Source of the DNA: Candidatus Dojkabacteria bacterium
GTDB taxonomy: Bacteria > Patescibacteriota > Dojkabacteria > SC72 > JAHDCA01
Length of the DNA: 64,000 nucleotides
Assembly: GCA_030583845.1 (NCBI GenBank)
Contig: CP129478.1
Span: 907,686-971,685 of the forward strand
Reading direction: 5' to 3'
Positions within the stretch are counted from its first letter, which is position 1. The number at the start of each line of letters is the position of its first letter. The position numbers were made by a program, and so were the translations under genes. The notes under the pieces were generated by a model. That model was given only the letters and a program-made list of their open reading frames with translations, made no database searches and was not told the DNA's origin. This document shows, piece after piece, positions 28,032 through 35,258 of the stretch.

Positions 28032-29432
28032 ATGCCGGATTTCAAAGTACCACAAGTGGGGCCGGTCAGAGACGATCCGCAACCGGGTGGCACAATGAAC
28101 GTCGGACAGACCACTTCAAACAGCGCACCACAGCCTGACATCAAGCAGCCTGCACCGGCAACAGTCCAACCCTCAATGCAGCAGTCACAAGCTGCTCAAC
28201 CAATTGCAAACTCCCTTACAAGCTCACAGCCGCAAAGCAACTCTGTAGCGAGCCAGCCAGCAGCAGATAGCACTGGGGGAGATTTCCAAGATGACTTTGA
28301 TTGGGGTGCTGACCCATTTTCGGCACCACAGCCCATGGCTAGCACTCAGCAGCCAGTAAATAACAGCCAGCCTGCACCAATGGGTGGCGGTGGCTCGTTT
28401 GGAGGTGGTTGGGGATCACCGTGGGGAGGTGGCTCAGCTGGAGGCTGGGGAGATCCGTGGGGTGCACCAGCAGGCGGTCAGCAACCAGGACAGCAGAAGC
28501 GACTTACTCCACAGGAACGCGTCGAAATGATTGAGAGGGTGTATCAGCAGGTTTTGGTAAGAAAACCTGACACAAGAGATATCAACTATTATAAATACAG
28601 CACTCTCGGAGAGGAAGAAATTAAAAAGCAGCTGATCGACGGGAAAGAGCATAAGCAGCTAATCGAGGATGGGAGAAATTACAAGAAGTCTGAGGAGAGG
28701 GCAGAGCAGGCAGAGGCACGAGTCCGGATGCTTGAAGGGCAGGTTAAAGACCAGCTCGAAGAGTTTAGACATCTGACTGAGCTACTTGAAGAGAAGAACC
28801 GATTCATTCAGCGGCTTAGAAGCGAGAATGATGTCCAGTACGGATTCAAATCACCCACTTCAAACTCAATGGGCAACCCGAATCAATCTTACAATCTGAT
28901 GTCCACACCTTCTCAACCTGCGCCTGTACAGCAGCCGTCTCAGCCACAGGTAGCCGCGCCAATCACACAGCCCGCACCACAGATAGAGCCTCAGCCAATC
29001 GCACAGCCAGCGCCTCAGATAGAGCCACAGCAAATTCAACAGCCACAGGCGCAGTTCGAGCCTCAACAAATTCCGCAGCCAACTCCAGATTATGCAGCAG
29101 ATACTGCTCCTATTTCTCAAACAGTCCCAACTACTCAGACATCCCTTGAGCAATCAACACCATATGCTACACAAGGGGCAGTCCCTACAGCAGCCCCAGT
29201 AGCAGCTGGCCAGCACTTTTCAGCACCAGGATCAATTGAATCCGTTGATAGTGGGAATGCAGGAGCCTCATTTCCACAGGAAGAGGTGGACGAGCAGCTC
29301 CCTTTGGGTGCAAACCAGCCTGGGGTCGAGAGTGAAGATGATAATAGCGGTTGGGCCAGCAATGAGCCATCATCTGGTGCTTTGAAGCGTGTATTCGGCA
29401 AGCTTGCTTCGATTGTCTCCCCGGATCAATAG
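28032..29432 (+). CDS. Low-complexity Pro/Gln-rich protein with central DUF4214-like domain and Gly/Trp repeat
   Basis: 466 aa; 'GGGGSFGGGWGSPWGGGSAGGWGDPWG'; a DUF4214-like segment 'ERVYQQVLVRKPDTRDINYYKY'; a coiled-coil; and tandem 'QPAPQIEPQ' repeats. Confidence 0.5.
   Translation: MPDFKVPQVGPVRDDPQPGGTMNVGQTTSNSAPQPDIKQPAPATVQPSMQQSQAAQPIANSLTSSQPQSNSVASQPAADSTGGDFQDDFDWGADPFSAPQPMASTQQPVNNSQPAPMGGGGSFGGGWGSPWGGGSAGGWGDPWGAPAGGQQPGQQKRLTPQERVEMIERVYQQVLVRKPDTRDINYYKYSTLGEEEIKKQLIDGKEHKQLIEDGRNYKKSEERAEQAEARVRMLEGQVKDQLEEFRHLTELLEEKNRFIQRLRSENDVQYGFKSPTSNSMGNPNQSYNLMSTPSQPAPVQQPSQPQVAAPITQPAPQIEPQPIAQPAPQIEPQQIQQPQAQFEPQQIPQPTPDYAADTAPISQTVPTTQTSLEQSTPYATQGAVPTAAPVAAGQHFSAPGSIESVDSGNAGASFPQEEVDEQLPLGANQPGVESEDDNSGWASNEPSSGALKRVFGKLASIVSPDQ
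28968..29075 (+). repeat. Three imperfect 36-nt tandem repeats inside the PQ-rich CDS
   Basis: Units at 28968-29003, 29004-29039 and 29040-29075 encode QPAPQIEPQPIA, QPAPQIEPQQIQ and QPQAQFEPQQIP. Confidence 0.7.
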
Positions 29433-29525
29433 GGATCCAGTAACCATCTCTTGACCTGTTGTCACTATATGCTATGGGATAACTTATTAATTTAGAGTTG
29501 AGTCTATTTCTGTTATAATCCGTCG

Positions 29526-29822
29526 ATGATGAATAATGTAGGTCAAAAAATTAAGGACTTCAGAGAAGAGGCTGGGATATCCCAAAAGAAACTTGGTCTC
29601 GCTCTAGGCCTTTCTGACAAAGCTGTGAGCGCTTATGAAAGCGGTCGCACATTGCCCCCACTTGAGACCTTACACAGAATCTCGCAAGAGCTAAATAAGC
29701 CGCTGAAATTTTTCTTAGCGGAAGATGGCGAGGAGAGCGTACTCGAGGAACGTCTCGATACAATCCAAAGAAGCCTCGAAGCTATGCTTGTAGAGATAAA
29801 GGAAATCAAGAAGAGCCTTTAA
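29526..29822 (+). CDS. XRE-family helix-turn-helix transcriptional regulator
   Basis: 98 aa; 'IKDFREEAGISQKKLGLALGLSDKAVSAYESGRTLP' is an HTH_3 motif; C-terminal coiled-coil. Confidence 0.75.
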   Translation: MMNNVGQKIKDFREEAGISQKKLGLALGLSDKAVSAYESGRTLPPLETLHRISQELNKPLKFFLAEDGEESVLEERLDTIQRSLEAMLVEIKEIKKSL

Positions 29823-29852
29823 TAAGAAGAACGATTATTACCCGTCAGAAAA

Positions 29853-30704
29853 CTACTGAAGCTCAGCTTCAAGTGCCGAGATCGTACTTATTCGGTTGCT
29901 CAACACCTTTTCAATTTCTGTGACAGATTTAGCAGAATACTCCTTAACCTTTTCGCCTTGGGCATCTTGAGTGGTGCGCAGAGTTGTAGCCTGCTCTCTT
30001 TGCTCTTGAGCTAGGGCATCATAAAGCTGGCGGGTTGTATCCCAGTATTGCGAAGTTTGCTTAATGTACTCGATTGTATTGGGAAATTGGGATCCAAGCG
30101 CCATTGATTTGCCAGTGGTGATATGTAGATCTTGCATGCATTCAGTTATTTTTGTGCTAATCTCCTCGTTTGATTGTGAGAAATCGATTCCATTAAGACA
30201 GTTATTGCTTGTAGCTAGTGCGATATTGTAATCTGTGACGTTCAGCTCAGTTTGGAGTGTTTCTAAATAGTAGCCGTACAGATCCGCATACATAATATCG
30301 ACCCTCTGGATCTCCTCAATCTCGGCCCGCTCTTCTGCGGTTAGGTTAAGCTTGAGCAACTCGTCGTCAATCTCCTTTACCTCCTCAATAAGGTCTATCT
30401 GCGAGCTGACTGCTTCAATCGATTGAGTCAGGAGTGACATTCGTGTCGAGAGATCGGCCTCGTTGTTTATCTCCTCCTGTGCCTTGGTAAAATCCACGGC
30501 ATTCTGCTCAAACTCCGAGATCAATTTCTCGCGCGACATTGAGCTCGATGCATATGCGTCGCGATTGTTAATTAAATTGTTATATTCACCAATATATTGA
30601 TACAGGAGGTAGGAGAGTGCAAAAAGCAGAGTAAACAAAGCTATCGCATAAAGAAATACTGCGATCCTGCTCCTCTTCTTTTTTATTGGGGCGGCTGTAA
30701 CCAT
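29853..30704 (-). CDS. Hypothetical N-terminally membrane-anchored coiled-coil protein (operon gene 5)
   Basis: 283 aa; one N-terminal TM helix followed by a long helical, Glu/Gln-rich region. Confidence 0.45.
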   Translation of the reverse strand: MVTAAPIKKKRSRIAVFLYAIALFTLLFALSYLLYQYIGEYNNLINNRDAYASSSMSREKLISEFEQNAVDFTKAQEEINNEADLSTRMSLLTQSIEAVSSQIDLIEEVKEIDDELLKLNLTAEERAEIEEIQRVDIMYADLYGYYLETLQTELNVTDYNIALATSNNCLNGIDFSQSNEEISTKITECMQDLHITTGKSMALGSQFPNTIEYIKQTSQYWDTTRQLYDALAQEQREQATTLRTTQDAQGEKVKEYSAKSVTEIEKVLSNRISTISALEAELQ

Positions 30705-31291
30705 TGTTTTAGGAATTTTAATAATCTCTTACCTCCAAAGAATGCAGCTACTCCTAGCAGAACTAGCAGCGAGAGATTGATAATGTATCGGAGTATATTC
30801 ATATTGTCATAATTAGCAGTCTTTGGCTCAGTTACAAGATCTTCGCCGAAAGTAATCTTGAAATTTTGTGAGCTGCTTCGATTCGTGCTGTAGCCCCAAT
30901 CGACTACATTGACGGTGACAGTGTAAGTGCCTGGATTTTCGGGGTATAGAGTTATTGTTTTTTCGTAAACCTGCCCTTCTTTAACCGCAAAATAGTCGTT
31001 GAAGTTCTTCTTATACCCAAGTCCGAGAGGCGCATCTAGTGCTACCTCTGTCCTGGTAGAGTCTACGTTTGGCTTAATTTTAACGATCAATGGCAGCTTC
31101 TTTGTCCAAGGTGACTGAGTTCCGAAGCTTAGGTCGATCTCATACGGCTCAGTTGGCTCTGCGCTTCCCGTTTGGGCTGATTCATCTACAGTCTCCTCGG
31201 GTGGCATAGGTCCAGTCGCATAAGCAGGTGAGGCTACTCCTACAATAAGCAGGGCAAGTAGAAATAATGTGATTAATCTGCCTCGGTTCAT
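30683..31291 (-). CDS. Hypothetical secreted protein with C-terminal TM anchor (operon gene 4)
   Basis: 202 aa; signal peptide, a beta-rich body and a C-terminal hydrophobic helix plus basic tail. Confidence 0.45.
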   Translation of the reverse strand: MNRGRLITLFLLALLIVGVASPAYATGPMPPEETVDESAQTGSAEPTEPYEIDLSFGTQSPWTKKLPLIVKIKPNVDSTRTEVALDAPLGLGYKKNFNDYFAVKEGQVYEKTITLYPENPGTYTVTVNVVDWGYSTNRSSSQNFKITFGEDLVTEPKTANYDNMNILRYIINLSLLVLLGVAAFFGGKRLLKFLKQWLQPPQ

Positions 31292-31296
31292 CTTCG

Positions 31297-31713
31297 CTAT
31301 CCAAGCAACTTATATATTACAGCTACAAAACTCTTCACAGCCTGGTCAAATTCTCGATCATTTGGTGTAGCTCCATCGTGCACGATGTCATTTCGGAGCT
31401 TGTGTGCTTTCCAGATCGCATCATATGAGCTCTTATTAAAGAGTGATTTTGCCTTTTTCAGGTTATCTCCACATGAATCACTGTTATACAACTTTAGCTG
31501 TAAAGATTTAGAGAGTAAAGAGTCAAACTGGACAATTATATCTCTCATCTCACTGTCTGTAATAGGCTGATCTGCAAGCTTTCGCAGCTGTTCTGCTTTG
31601 CCAAGAAGTGCATCTTTCTTTGAATTATCCCTATTAGTCGAAGTAGCAGCATAAAGGATCAAACCAACCATGATGATTGCTACTATTATAACGATTGTTA
31701 AATTTGTGCTCAT
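31297..31713 (-). CDS. Hypothetical N-terminally anchored protein (operon gene 3)
   Basis: 138 aa; N-terminal TM helix followed by a helical domain. The start overlaps the stop of the upstream gene (ATGA). Confidence 0.45.
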   Translation of the reverse strand: MSTNLTIVIIVAIIMVGLILYAATSTNRDNSKKDALLGKAEQLRKLADQPITDSEMRDIIVQFDSLLSKSLQLKLYNSDSCGDNLKKAKSLFNKSSYDAIWKAHKLRNDIVHDGATPNDREFDQAVKSFVAVIYKLLG

Positions 31714-33644
31714 TTCTCTTTGTAGATTACTTTCTTAATTGCTTTGGCAACATTTACAGCTAACAGGGCCAGCATTAGGAATATGAATAGCGAGATCAGT
31801 TTAACAAATGTATCCCACCACCAGTAGTGCCTAATATTTACACTGTCCTCAAGAATATATGTACGCTCAGTGCCGTACAGAGAAACAATATTGAGGTCAC
31901 CTCTAAGTGCCGCAGAGCGATTCTTTGCAGCCAAATTTTCTTCTTCAATAACCAAGCTACCGGTTATCTCAATTTCTTGTCCAGGGAATATAAGAATACT
32001 TTTATCCTCTTCAAAGCTATTCTCTTTGAAATTATCCTCGAAGTCAAAACTCACACTACTGATGATGCTATTTCCATCATTATGAATCGTAAACTTTGCA
32101 CTAGATGCAGGGTTTAGTATAGAAGCCCCATCGATAATCTGGCTGCTGCTCGCCGAGAGAATTTCAGTAAAATTTCTATCTGTAAGACTCACCTCAATAT
32201 CTTCATTCAAGAAGAAACCAAGCTGTGGCTTAAATGGGTTGTAGCTCCTCGTAACGAAAGCAACGTGATCTTTAAACAGCGGGTCATACATTTGAATACC
32301 AGTGATCACCTCAATCACAGGATCCAGTACGATCCAGCCCTTCAGATTATCCCACACCTCAACCCAGCTATGGATAAATCCAGACTCGTATACTCCCGAG
32401 CTGTCTGAGATATAGCCCTGTGTCAGCCTGCTTGGGATTGAATAGGCTCTTAGAACTGCAATCAGGAAATCATTGTAGTCGGCAGCTGAAGCAATCGCTG
32501 GATTCTCTAGCACGCGCTTCCCTTGGCGGTAGTTGGTGGCTGTATCTAATTCATTTTGAGATCCGAGACGGTCGAGTACATATCGATACAAGATGTTCGC
32601 AAGCTTTGCTTGCTCTTCTGTTGACAATTTTCTAGCATCTCGCTCAAATGATTGAACAATGCCACCGTTTTGTATGTACAAATCGATGCGCTTTAGCTCT
32701 GTCTCGTCAGAGAGGTCCCAGTAATCCGCTTTTTTCGTGCTGTTTTCAAACTGCTCAAACTGAAGTGTACCACCCGTTCCCTCTTCAAATTTGATCAAGC
32801 CCTCAATCTTTACCTTTAGCTCGCTCTCTGCCGGAACTGTATAGCGGAGTGAGAGATTGCCCTCTGGATCCATAAGTACCTTTGAAGGTGGCTCAGTTAC
32901 CTCATCGATCAGCAGCTTCTGCCCATTGCCTATCTTAGGTATATTTACTTCAAATGTTTTCTGGATCTCATCTGTATTTACGAATTGCTTATTGATGCTA
33001 AATTCATAAACAAACTGGTCGGAACCGGAAATCAGTAGCGAGTCGTTCTCTGGTGAGGCGAAGTTAATTATCTTCTGGTTGTTCTGCTCAATGATTGTCA
33101 TCCCCTTAAGCACAGGAATGAGTAGGTCATCAAAAGGTGAGTTAAGTGTAATCTTCACGTGCTCGGAAGTCGTAGAGCTTATGTGGAGAGGTAATTCACT
33201 GCTCTCGCCCTCCTGCATAAACTTTCCTTTGCTAAACGTTATCCTAAACTGTGCTCCTCTGGTTCGATCAATAGTGAGGTTGTTTAGGTCGACGACAAGC
33301 CGTGTTCCTTCTGATACATCGTTGTGACTTACTGTATACGCACGGTCACCCTTTTTCACACCGACATTATCGATCTGCTTAAATGGGAGGGTAATGGTGA
33401 AAAATTTAACAACATTTGCTGCCCCTTCCTCTGGTATGACATGTAGCTGAATCTCTGTAGAAAGTGTTCCCTCGCTGTTGATCGTATAGATGATTGAAGT
33501 AGTTTGTGTAAAGCCTGCAGCACTATCTTCAGAGGAAGCATATAAGTGAGTGGGGAGGAGAGATGTGAATAGGGCGAGTGCAAGTAAAATCGCTGAGCTA
33601 CACTTTGATAGAATTTTCTTTAAATAGCCAGTCGAACTTGTCAT
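31710..33644 (-). CDS. Secreted transglutaminase-like (papain-fold) domain protein lacking the nucleophile Cys, with C-terminal TM anchor (operon gene 2)
   Basis: 644 aa; signal peptide and an N-terminal beta-rich domain. Core '…AADYNDFLIAVLRAYSIPSRLTQGY…GFIHSWVEVWDNLKGWIVLDP' matches the TGase-core 'G.C.dfA…lRa.GIPAR…HaWvEv…GW…DP', but there is no Cys in the nucleophile segment. A C-terminal TM helix follows. Confidence 0.55.
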   Translation of the reverse strand: MTSSTGYLKKILSKCSSAILLALALFTSLLPTHLYASSEDSAAGFTQTTSIIYTINSEGTLSTEIQLHVIPEEGAANVVKFFTITLPFKQIDNVGVKKGDRAYTVSHNDVSEGTRLVVDLNNLTIDRTRGAQFRITFSKGKFMQEGESSELPLHISSTTSEHVKITLNSPFDDLLIPVLKGMTIIEQNNQKIINFASPENDSLLISGSDQFVYEFSINKQFVNTDEIQKTFEVNIPKIGNGQKLLIDEVTEPPSKVLMDPEGNLSLRYTVPAESELKVKIEGLIKFEEGTGGTLQFEQFENSTKKADYWDLSDETELKRIDLYIQNGGIVQSFERDARKLSTEEQAKLANILYRYVLDRLGSQNELDTATNYRQGKRVLENPAIASAADYNDFLIAVLRAYSIPSRLTQGYISDSSGVYESGFIHSWVEVWDNLKGWIVLDPVIEVITGIQMYDPLFKDHVAFVTRSYNPFKPQLGFFLNEDIEVSLTDRNFTEILSASSSQIIDGASILNPASSAKFTIHNDGNSIISSVSFDFEDNFKENSFEEDKSILIFPGQEIEITGSLVIEEENLAAKNRSAALRGDLNIVSLYGTERTYILEDSVNIRHYWWWDTFVKLISLFIFLMLALLAVNVAKAIKKVIYKEK

Positions 33645-34326
33645 ATTTGCGGAGTATCTGTTTTACGATCGGTGTCTTAAGGGTAATGTTATTCTTCACC
33701 ACAACCTCATCCCATCTAATCTTCCTAACCTTCGTTATGTCTCTATAGCGTGGATTCTGAACGACTTCCTGCTTTGCATTTTTTCTAATAACATAATATG
33801 CCATACCCTGCATGGAGTCTAGCTGTGATACATGTTTTGTGACTGAACTATAAGCCTCTACGACAATCATTGCAGTATTACGAGTATTGACTAGGGTAAC
33901 ATCGTAGCCTGGAGGGACGATAAACTTCTGCTCTCTCTTAATTTTTGAATAGATAATATCTGAATCATCTTGATGGAACTTCTGCATAATGACACTTCCA
34001 GTCCCGTAAATGACTTCCATGATTTTGGGATGTGTGGGGAGACGTGTGGCTCTTGTTTTTACAAACTCGATGCCTGCAAAATTGGCTGGGATCACATAGA
34101 TATTTACCTTGAGACCCTTAGTTTTGAAGATATTGTCGTGATCAAGCCCCATGTACTTGTAATAAAAGACCTCTGGGGATGTAAGCTCCTCGTTTAAGAG
34201 TTGTGGGCGAATCTGGTCAATTTCTACTTTGCCAACCTCCTCAAACTGCATATCTTGTGTTGTAAGTTGGTAATCGTCTAGATACAACGAGAACCCGGCA
34301 GATTTTCTCAGGTCTACTTTCGCCAT
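33598..34326 (-). CDS. Cupin protein with similarity to archaeal-type glucose-6-phosphate isomerase (cPGI); metal ligands not conserved (operon gene 1)
   Basis: 242 aa; 'PEVFYYKY…NIYVIPANFAGIEF…FIVPPGYDVTLVNT…VVQNPRYRD' parallels Pyrococcus cPGI 'PVVYEVYAV…TVLYPGKVGKEF…VYVPPYWAHRTVN…VVDNPRWK'. The GHFH/His ligand positions read TRATRL / TL here. I am recalling the cPGI comparison from memory rather than from an alignment. Confidence 0.4.
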   Translation of the reverse strand: MAKVDLRKSAGFSLYLDDYQLTTQDMQFEEVGKVEIDQIRPQLLNEELTSPEVFYYKYMGLDHDNIFKTKGLKVNIYVIPANFAGIEFVKTRATRLPTHPKIMEVIYGTGSVIMQKFHQDDSDIIYSKIKREQKFIVPPGYDVTLVNTRNTAMIVVEAYSSVTKHVSQLDSMQGMAYYVIRKNAKQEVVQNPRYRDITKVRKIRWDEVVVKNNITLKTPIVKQILRKYDKFDWLFKENSIKV

Positions 34327-34349
34327 GGGTCATTATACCACACGACATT

Positions 34350-34416
34350 TTTGTGAAACTGCGCTGCGTTTCACGAACTCCGCCTTCGTGAAGTCGCACT
34401 TGCAAAGTGCGACTTC
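34350..34416. repeat. Array of three adjacent hairpins, the last a perfect 12-bp palindrome
   Basis: Hairpin 1: gtgaaac-t-gcgctgc-gtttcac (34353-34374). Hairpin 2: cacgaa-ctccgcc-ttcgtg (34371-34389). Hairpin 3: gaagtcgcactt-gca-aagtgcgacttc (34390-34416). It shares 'aactccgccttc' plus the 'aagtcgcactt' unit with the nrdD 3' tail at 44725-44782. Confidence 0.5.
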
Positions 34417-34418
34417 AT

Positions 34419-35183
34419 TTATAGGTCTTCGAGGTAGTAGTTTAGCTCAACCATATAGTTGTTGACGCCATTTGCCCATTCATGACGCGGATTCTGTGCA
34501 CAAGGTGGGCAGTAGGTTGCCTCAATTTGGAACGGGGTTAGATCTGTGCCATATCCCTTGGCAAGCCTCTCAGTCACTACCGATATTCCGTCTGACCAGG
34601 TTGCGAATCTGCTCCATGTGCTTCTGCCGTTTATTCTCCCTCCTCGCCATCCCCAAGCGTTATTCGATCCGGCAGGAGTAATATTTCCGAATGCAGACTC
34701 CACGCCGGAAATTGATGCCACCAGCCTCCAATCGAGCCCATGCTCGTCTGCCTCTTCTACAAATACTTCAGCGTACGGATACATTGGGGAGCTGTGGTCT
34801 TCAAGAAACTGCCTCATTGCGATATTTCTTGGATCAGTAGTGATAAAGTTACTGCCAACATTTCGTGGATTGGATATATCTGTTGGTGCCTTATTGAGAT
34901 TTAGGGCAAGAGCAGAGTCAAAGATCTTTATATCGCTATTTTCAACTTCAGTGAGTATCTTACTTTGCTCTGCAGACACATTTTCAGAATTATATTCTAT
35001 CAACCTTGATTCAATTTGCGGCGTAGCGATTGGGTCGAATGCAAAAACAAATAGGAGACACATTGAGATAATAAATATTATTCGCTTCTTTCCTGTGCGT
35101 TCTGTAGTACGCCTAATAATGCTAGATGTACCCCTACCTAAACTGGATAGCTTTTTCTTACTAACTATGTCTCTTTTCATCAC
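34419..35183 (-). CDS. Secreted glucosaminidase (GH73-like) domain protein, putative peptidoglycan hydrolase
   Basis: 254 aa; N-terminal TM; 'LVASISGVESAFGNITPAGSNNAWGW' resembles the FlgJ/GH73 'ESgwG' motif. Confidence 0.4.
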   Translation of the reverse strand: MMKRDIVSKKKLSSLGRGTSSIIRRTTERTGKKRIIFIISMCLLFVFAFDPIATPQIESRLIEYNSENVSAEQSKILTEVENSDIKIFDSALALNLNKAPTDISNPRNVGSNFITTDPRNIAMRQFLEDHSSPMYPYAEVFVEEADEHGLDWRLVASISGVESAFGNITPAGSNNAWGWRGGRINGRSTWSRFATWSDGISVVTERLAKGYGTDLTPFQIEATYCPPCAQNPRHEWANGVNNYMVELNYYLEDL

Positions 35184-35258
35184 AAATCAGTATATCAGAT
35201 ATACTATCGCACATATCTTAAAAAATTCTGAAATCAGATTCATATATATTAAAGATAT

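Noticed and set aside
28866-29401. Minus-strand ORFs 28866..29153, 29135..29401 and 29185..29373
   Set aside because: They are antisense to the tandem-repeat region of the PQ-rich gene. Trp/Leu/Arg-rich translations are an artefact of CAG/CCA repeat complements.
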